Below are positions 55,668-64,000 of a stretch of DNA of 64,000 bases, piece by piece. Location of the stretch: positions 40,362,001 through 40,426,000 of the forward strand of contig NC_043005.1 in NCBI RefSeq assembly GCF_006345805.1. The letters are read 5' to 3'. The stretch is from Octopus sinensis (Eukaryota). How positions within the stretch are numbered: position 1 is the first letter of the stretch; every line of letters starts with the position of its first letter. The translations under genes were made by a program, and so were the position numbers. A model generated the notes under the pieces. It was not told the origin of the DNA. It ran no database searches and was given only the letters and a program-made list of their open reading frames with translations.

Positions 55668-56694
55668 GTCATTATTCAGTTTATTTCAAGATTTCTTGCT
55701 AATAGAGAAAGATCCGGTTTTTAACCTAGATCCAAGGCTCCTTCATTGGAATTTCAACATCAACAACAGGGTATTTTTTGTATGTATGTATGTATGTATG
55801 TATGTATGTATGTATGTATGTATGTATGTATGTATGTATGTATCTATGTATGTATGTATCTATGTATGTATGTATGTGCAGATTGGTATGTTTTATGTGT
55901 ATATTCTCATGCATATAGTTGAATGTCTAGACATGCTCATATATATTTAAATGATAAACTTTGGAAAGTTTTACAGATTTTTACTCTTTCAGTGGTGGGT
56001 TTGATCTGTGGCCTTCGAATTAGCTCTCCCCTTTCTGGTTTGTTTTGAGAAGCCTAATTTCTCAAGATTCGTATTTAGGCAGGACTCCAATAATTACAGG
56101 TATAAACCTGATCTTGTAATCTGGATATAGTAACTACAGATTTCTGAATAGTTCAGCATAGGTGTTCTTTTTTTCACTGATCTTCAGCTTTATGTTAACA
56201 TCCGCTGGGCAGCTGATTTTCGCAACTGTGCACGGTCTCTCGTCTCTATCCCAAATCATTATATCAGGTCTATTGTGCATACATTTTATTGATGTCTTTA
56301 CTGGTACATTCCACCAGAATTCCTTTTTATTATGAGTGACTATGGCTTCTACCATATTGTGGGTTCTTATTTCCTTGTCCTCGGGATTATCTTTCCGACG
56401 ATTATCTTTCGGATTATCTTTCATTATAGAGTGTCCTAGCTACAACATCATGTCTCATCGGTAGATAATACCGTGATGACATTTTCGGACAGCTGTTATG
56501 ATGTGGGTGATATCTTCAGTGCGAACTCCACAAAGTCTGCATCGGTTGTCACATTATACTGCTTTTCCTGCATCTCTATCCCTTTTGTGCATCAGGTATT
56601 TAGTTGATATTTCCTGTTCCTGGATTGCGAACACATACCCTTCAAAGTGAGAGGTAGTAATCCGGCAACTGGTCCATGATAAACTACTTTGATG
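55668..56694 (-). mobile_element. RLE-type LINE (CATA family) 3' kilobase with (CATA)n inside the 3' UTR
   Basis: SHFEGYVFAIQEQEISTKYL; CRLCGVRTEDITHII..PKMSSRYYLPMRHDVVA; HNRPDIMIWD...ISCPADVN. Confidence 0.92.
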
Positions 56695-56862
56695 GTATGT
56701 ATGTATGTATGTATGTATGTATGTATGTATGTATGTATGTATGTATGTATGTATGTATGTATGTATGCATGTATGTATGTATGTATGCATGTATGTATGT
56801 ATGCATGTATGTATGTATGTATGTATGTATGTATGTATGTATGTATGTATGTATGTATGTAT
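56695..56862. repeat. (TATG)n array between two LINE pieces
   Basis: Visible tandem repeats. Confidence 0.95.
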
Positions 56863-57105
56863 GTCATTATTCAGTTTATTTCAAGATTTCTTACCAATAG
56901 AGAAAGAACCAGTTTCTAACATAGATCCAAGGATATTTCCTGTTCCTGGATTGCAAACGCATACCCTTCAAAGTGGGAGGTATAATCCAGATATTTGTCT
57001 ATGATAAACTGCTTTGATGATTGATGTTACTATCATCACAGAGCTTTCTACTAACATATCCATGCATAGTCTTCTGCTGATATAGGCTCATCCTTTCATC
57101 TGATG
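56863..57105 (-). mobile_element. RLE-type LINE (CATA family) ORF fragment fused to the 69-bp 3' terminus
   Basis: YQQKTMHGYVSRKL...FAIQEQEI joined at 56931/56932 to CCTTGGATCT...GAATAATGAC. Confidence 0.88.
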
Positions 57106-57732
57106 ATACGTTGTGGTAGAGTCATGCGACTTCTTTGGGCATGTATGTATGTATGTATGTATGTATGTATGTATGTATGTATGTATGTATGTATGTATGT
57201 ATGTATGTATGCATATATGTATGTATGTATATATGTTTGTATGTATACACGTATGCAAGCAAGCAATGGTAACAGCATAGCTGCAATATTTCAGTAGCTA
57301 GATTTTAGTGAATAGAATGTCCCAATAGTAAGACAGATACAAAATGACCTGGATGTACCCAAGGTCGATGTAGCTGTAAATGATTGATTTTGTTCTTGTT
57401 CGTTGACGTGATGTTCATGATGTGAGTAGTGTCCGCGTTATGCGGGGAGATGAATGCTGGACTGATCATCGTCTTGTTTGTGCGAAACTATTACCGACGT
57501 AAGTTGAGGTGTGCCTGTATGTATATGTATGCATGTTTGCATGTATGTATTGTTTATATATGCATATATGTTTGTATGTATAGATATAATATGGGTGGCT
57601 AATTCGCAATTTTACAACCTAAAGGCAGAAATATATACGTCACTAAAATGAGCTGACATTTTGTGGCTATTGAGATGTTTTGACTTTTATTTCTAGCAAT
57701 ACTGGTGCTGATTAGTGCCCTTGTTTACTTCA

Positions 57733-57774
<42 letters not shown>

Positions 57775-58087
57775 TGTGTGTGTGTGTATGTGTGTGTGTG
57801 CATGTATGCTCGTATATATGATTGAATAACTCCACAGATGTTTCATGCCTCTATTGCTCATATAATACTTAATAGTACTACTATTAGTTAGTGCTAATAT
57901 CCATCTGGAATGGCCTATTAGAATGTATTTACGAGTGCAAAAACCTCTTTATCACAGTTTTTCTTGAAAATTACTTTCAAACTATTTCCATTTTCCTTAC
58001 CAGATATGTATCACTTACACCAAAATGACAACAATATCAATGACAACAATAATTATATCTAATTATAAATAACACCATTAATAGTAA

Positions 58088-58200
58088 TCTATATCATAAC
58101 GAGAGCCCTGTTTCTCTGTCCGTCTGTCTGTGTGCCCGTCCAAATCAAGGTAATTTTCAAGAACTTTTTTTAATCTTCTAGTCAAGAGGGAAAGCAATGC
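58088..58200 (+). mobile_element. Possible Helitron 5' end fragment
   Basis: A|TCTATATCATAACGAGAG...CTGTCCGTCTGTCTG resembles the start of the Helitron at 25111. Confidence 0.35.
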
Positions 58201-59403
58201 ACATAACACCACCAAGACCTACCTTGTGTACCATGTGGTGGTGTTAAACTAGTTGATGAATTAAATCTTCCACCCAAGAACGGCGTGGCAGGATTTGAAG
58301 TCAGTGGGAACAAATGAGACGTAATAGATACTGTAAAGAATAAGATTGTTGTTCTTTCACTTCTGCCAATCCATCACCCTGAATTGATACTTTCTCTTTT
58401 ATCGATCATGATAGAACTCAGATCGATCAGAATCGGAACAACTACCTACATAGCATTGTGTCCAACGCTTTAACAATTCTGCTAATTCCCCATCTGTAGA
58501 ACCGAAGCGAAAAAGAGACAAAAAATGGTTTTATTCGATTTATTCATTGCATTTACATATGCAACGTAAAGAAAGATAAGACTTTTTAAATTTTTTCCTC
58601 GCACGCTACCATAAAAAGACTTGGGTTTAATTTTTTCCTCGCACGCCACCATAAAAATTTTTAAAAATAGCAATGATTATTTCACTCTTATATACAACAA
58701 TCAAAGTGTAGACAAAGGAAGCTGAAAGAAGAAAGAAAAAGATAGTAAAAGTAACGACGACAGATTTACTAAAGCCTTCAGCTAACGGTTTTCTGAATAC
58801 AGTTTCTTCTACAATTTGAAACTTCTTATTTCCGAGATGGCTAAACTGGTCTGTTGTTTATAAAGTAAATATGTCATTTCTCACTTAAATATTCATTGAT
58901 ACACAACAACTGTGAAATTTAAAAAAGAAAATTCCTTATCGTGAATGGAAATAATCCATCTACTAAATCCATTTTGTATATGTATAAGGAAGTTTTGGAT
59001 CAGATATTTCAGTGAAATGCTGATACTGTAGACAGAATTATTTAAAAAAAGATATGACATTCATCCTGCTACAAATATTACTAACACACACATACACATC
59101 CACACACACACACACATCCACAGACACACAGACACAGACACACACACACACACACACACACACCACACACACACACGCACACACACACACACACTCCACA
59201 CACACACACACACACACACAAACACAGTCACAAATGTGAATAGTAGTTACTCTGTTAGTGAAAACAACTAGAAAGATATATCACAATGATGAAAAGAGAA
59301 CCTTCTCTTTGAACGTTGACAATGGAAAATGTAAATATTGTAAAATGTATATTCAGTGTCTTCAAAATATATGACTTTCTTTTAATAGACGTTTTCTGTG
59401 AAA

Positions 59404-60597
59404 CACTATTTAATTCTGACACAGGCCAACAAATTTTTTTTTTCTGTTGTTAAAACTTTGGACTTGAACTGGGGTTTTCTGACACACAAAATCCGAAAAT
59501 GACATCTATTTATAACCATCACATCAACTTTTAAGATAATGAATCCATTGAATTTCATTGTTTTATTTTCAATAAAACAGCTTATGTGGAACAAGACATA
59601 TCATAGAGACATACATAGAAATTGGTTTTTCTTCAAAACTAGAATGTTTTCTTTAAAATTCTACTGAAAAATAGTTAAAATCTTAAAATTTCTACAGATA
59701 AATCAATCATATCACTGTTCGTGCCTCATTTCTCATGAATTTATGTTTCACTGATTTACTTCAGTGTTTGAACCTCAGGAAAATCATGAACCAAGTTCCA
59801 GCAATAGTCCCCCATTATATGCAACACCCATCCGGCTTGATACTTTTGTTCTATTGATTTTATGTCCTGATGGAAACGTTCTTGATTGTTACTTGTGTGA
59901 CCAAAATTTTCAGGGAATTTATCAAGGTGACTATGAAGATAGTGCAGCTTTATTCTCATATTTGCTCCTACATTTTGAAAGTTCTCTAACATGTCGACTA
60001 TTTCGACATAGTTGGCTACTTTTTTGTTGCCCAGAAAGTCATTTACAACTATAACAAATGAATTCTATGTTGTTGCTTCATTGAATTTACAAAGTTCCCA
60101 TCTTTCATCGATTTTTAGATTTGAGGCCTATCAAATACTCCAACATTTATCTTTTCACTGTTTAGACCTGGAAATGTGCTGCAGATATAGTGAAAGCACG
60201 GTCTATCTTTATCCAGAGCTTTAACAAACTGCTTTATATAATGCCAAGTTTGATATGGAGGCAAGACGATTTTTCCCAGTTGAACTAAAGTCTCTTCAAC
60301 CACATCAAAAGCCCGTGGAACCAATGTTTGCTGCAGCCATTCTTTGATCATCCGATGTTTTCCCCTTGCTATGCTGTCCCACACGGACATTAAGTATATC
60401 AGCTTTGTTACTCCAAGAGAAAACTGACCAACATAAAGTTCACGCATATCATCCACTGATGATTGGGGCGTTTGGGTATCTTGAAATCTAGACGTAATGG
60501 TAAAAATGGATTCTATTTTTGGATTCAGCTTATCAAAGGGAAAAATAAATTCAAATCAGGTAAAAACACCCAAGCAACAAAATACTCTTGGGTTGTG
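59404..60597 (-). mobile_element. Internally deleted DNA transposon, probably Chapaev3 (CMC)
   Basis: WDSIARG..KQFVKALDKDRPCFHYICSTFPGL..GVFDRPQI; IKLHYLHSHLDKFPENFG..ERFHQDI..DYCWNL; CAC...GTG ends with subterminal AATCC(G/A)AAAAT motifs; family name is from recall. Confidence 0.7.
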
Positions 60598-60823
60598 TTA
60601 TATATTTAGCCTTCACTGAAAAGGAACCCGTCCGTGCGTCCGTACGTTCGTGCGTCCATGCATCCGTCTGTCCGTCCGTGCGTCACACGCTATCCTCAGA
60701 TCAAAATTTTCAAACAGTATATTTAAGGAAACAAAATGAAAATACTGAATATACTCAACGCATTCATTGAATTCACATCTGCATCGCATATTTTAGGAAA
60801 GTATGGAATCCAAGACGTCAAAA

Positions 60824-61081
60824 ATATATTGTATTATAAAATAAACTTTTAATAAATGCATCTATATAAAGTATTATATAAAATTTACATTAAATATGTA
60901 TTTCTACGAATAATGAGATAACAGGAAAAGAAATTTTTCGCATATTTATTGTACCAAAAATTTCTTTATATGCATATAATATTTATTAATTATAGACATA
61001 TAACAATACTTCAAATTATAGAATAACATAATATGAAAATAATTAATATTCAGTTTGTTAAATTAGATGCTTGTAGAAAAA
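60824..61081 (+). repeat. 258-bp AT-rich unit, near-identical copy at 62010-62267
   Basis: Direct comparison shows only a few substitutions. Confidence 0.92.
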
Positions 61082-61209
61082 TGCTTTTTTAGATACCCAT
61101 TTGCTATTTCTGAAAAAAGAAAAAAGAAAGTGTCTCCACGCTACGTACATTCAGAACATGCAAAACGGCAAGAGTTTATTTAAAATTCATTATTATTCTA
61201 TTCCTCAAA

Positions 61210-61625
61210 GCGGCGTGTAAGCAGAATCGTTAGCATGCCGGGCAAAATGCTTAGCAGTATTTCGTCTACCCTTACGTTCTGAGTTCAAATTCCGCCGAGG
61301 TCGACTATGCCTTTCATCCTTTCGGGGTTGATAAATTAAGTACCAGTTACGCACTGGGGTCAATGTAATCGACTTAATCCCTTTGTCTGTCCTTGTTTGT
61401 CTCCTCTATGTTTAGCCCCTTGTGGGAAATGAAGAAATAAGAATGGTTAGCATGTCGGATAAAATAGTTGCATTTCGTCCGTCTCTATGTTATGAGTTCA
61501 AATTCTACCGAGATCGACTTTGCTTTCATCCTTTCGGGTTCGATAAAATAAGTACCAGTTGAACACTAAGGTTGATTTCATCTCACTAAATTTCAGGCCT
61601 TGTGCCTATTGTAGAAAGGACCATT
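61210..61625 (+). mobile_element. Two tandem SINE family B copies with different 3' ends
   Basis: 61210-61440 matches 41914; 61441-61625 is a truncated copy ending GTGCCTATTGTAGAAAGG. Confidence 0.85.
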
Positions 61626-62430
61626 ATTTTATTCCTCATATTGCATATGCAGTTAGTTTGAGCATATTTTATTGAACGAATAGCCAAATATGAATGGGCA
61701 ACACAGAATTTGTCAGAGAAGGAAAAGAAATATGATTGCAAGCAAAGGAGACAGAGACTGATCGGAACAGAAAGAGAAAACAAGTGACAAGCCAATACAG
61801 CTCAATGACGACAAGCACAAGAAGACTTTCTCACGAGCAAAGAGAACACATTTTGGATAAAAAAAAAATTAGTAAGAGAAGTTTTACACTCCGTGGAATT
61901 CAGAGATGGGGATTGGCATTAATTAATAGTACAACTATTAAGTATCATTTAAGAATTAAAAGAAATATGGAACGTCTGTGAAGTTATCCATCCATCCATC
62001 CATCCATCCATATATTGTATTATAAAATAAATTTTTAATAAATGCATCTATATAAAGTATTATATAAAATTTACATTAAATATGTATTTCTACGAATAAT
62101 GAGATAACAGGAAAAGAAATTTTTCGCATATTTATTGTACCAAACATTTCTTTATGTTCATATAATATTTATTAATTATAGACATATAACAATACTTCAA
62201 ATTATAGAATAACATAATATGAAAATAATTAATATTCATTTTATAAATTAGATGCTTGTAGAAAAAAAATATATATATAATTAATATTCATTTTATAAAT
62301 TAGATGCTTGTAGAAAAAAAATATATATATGCAATACAATAAGTAGCCATCAATGAATACATACATACGTGCATGTGTGCATGTGTGCATGAATACATAA
62401 TACATAGATACATACATACACACATACATA

Positions 62431-63440
62431 CGCAGACATGACAGAAGCAAATAGACACCCTTATAATCGTTCAAATTTATTGAAATCTGAAATTATACAT
62501 CCAGATTATTCATTAATTACAATAATATGAATATCTAATGTTTAGTAGACATGCCCTTTGAATTTTTCTATGCAAGGACCCTGTTATGTATGTTACTGAT
62601 CAGATGAATATTCTCTTGAGGAATTTCTTGCCAAGTTTCATGCAGTAATCTCAAAAGAGCTGGCTTTGAGGATGATTTCTTGTTCTGTTTACAAAGTGTC
62701 CTGTCTATTATGCCTCAGAGGCGTTCAATAGGGTTCTTATCTGGTGACAGGCTTGGCCATGGAAGCATTTTAATGCGATTCTCTTCCAACCAGTCTTGGA
62801 TCTTTTTGGTCGTGTGACAAAGAGCCCCATCTTGCATAAATGGAGTGTCTTCTTTAATCATTTCACTACTTGAGAAGATTGAAAAGAGTCAGTTTTGCAA
62901 TATGGACGTATATTTACCTGAGTTTATGTTTCTCTCACACTCCACTCCAAATTGCTCTCCAGACCATCACAGAATAGCTGCCGTGTTTCATTGTTGGTTT
63001 GCAATCTTTTACACGTCAAATTCTTGGTCACAGAAAATGCAGTAAATGTGGACTCATCAGAGAATTAATACAGTGTCCCAAAACGCTAGAGGTGTAGCCT
63101 CTCCACCATCTCACTGGCTCAATATTTTCTATACTTGTTATTGGCTGGTCGAAGAAGTGACTCCCTTCTTACTGCTCTGATACAGTAGCCAGTTTGTGGA
63201 GATACCTGGCAGCTGTTCTGGGACTGACATCAACTTGTTCTGCTATGTCAGAGGCCTTGCAACGAGGATTCTCTTCCACATTTATCTTAACAAAGCGAAG
63301 AGTCATGTCAGAGAGCCCTGGTCGACTTGGGCAAGATGATGTGAACTTCTTCCCTTCTCTGGTGAATTGCACAATCACTCTATTAACTGTAGAAAGCGGG
63401 ATCCCAAGGTTTTCTGCGATTTTAAACTAAGTCCACCTTC
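62431..63440 (-). mobile_element. Tc1-like (DD34E-type) transposon, same family as 54871
   Basis: TA|CGCAGACATGACAGAAG terminus; HTH region [42 protein letters not shown]; DDE region colinear with 54975-55660. Confidence 0.9.
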
Positions 63441-63479
63441 AGATTGACCCAGAGTGGCCACTGCAATTACAATAGATAC

Positions 63480-64000
63480 ACGGCCTTCAACGCTGCTACA
63501 CCAGTGTGGAAGATATCACCTACATCATCAGCAGCTGCCCCAAAATGTCTACGAGATACTATCTGCCTTTGAGGCATGATATAGTTGCAAAGACTATTTA
63601 CAATGCTATCCATAGGAAAGACTGCCCTGATGTGTACGTCAAAGGCATGTCAGAACCAACATGTATTTGCACCTTTAAAAACAAGGAATATTGGTGAACA
63701 CCCCAATAAAATCATAAATTCGGTGCAAACATAACAGATTTGATATTGTTGTATGGAACAGGAAACAAAAGCCATGCGCTGTTGTAGAGGTTAGCTGCCC
63801 AGCAGACGTGAATGTACAATCAAAAGTCCAGGGAAAAGAGAACATATATGGCGAATTAATACGGAACTTGTAGCGATTGTACCTTGACTATAAATTTTCA
63901 TATGTACCAATCATCATAGGTGCATTAGGTTACGTATCAACAAATTTGCACAAACATCTAGAAACACTTGGTTTCACGGAAAAGGATCTGTCAATGACCA
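63480..64000 (+). mobile_element. RLE-type LINE (CATA family) C-terminal fragment running off the window
   Basis: EDITYIISSCPKMSTRYYLPLRHDIVAKTIYN; KHNRFDIVVW..VEVSCPADVN; VPIIIGALGYV. Confidence 0.9.

Overview
Eukaryotic, AT-rich, repeat-saturated DNA. The SINE families and the (TA)n/(TATC)n/(CATA)n/(AAT)n microsatellite load resemble an Octopus (cephalopod) genome; this is recognition, not a database result. No host protein-coding gene can be supported, and nearly all supplied ORFs are microsatellite read-through or transposon debris. Decayed mobile elements present: many RLE-type (R4/Dong-like) LINE fragments, RTE, L2/CR1 and L1/Tx1 LINE pieces, a Gypsy RT, Penelope-like fragments, Tc1/mariner elements (mariner, DD37D maT, DD34E Tc1), a Merlin-like and a Chapaev3-like transposase, a Helitron, several MITEs and long palindromes, and four tRNA-derived SINE families. 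Most interesting: (1) repeated nests in which RLE LINEs, a 550-bp non-coding non-tRNA element and SINEs sit inside (AAT)n arrays, with a parallel (CATA)n-linked LINE family; (2) several minimal hammerhead-ribozyme-shaped motifs, three sharing a non-canonical UUGAAAA core; (3) a MITE with an 8-bp TSD carrying telomeric TTAGGG repeats.
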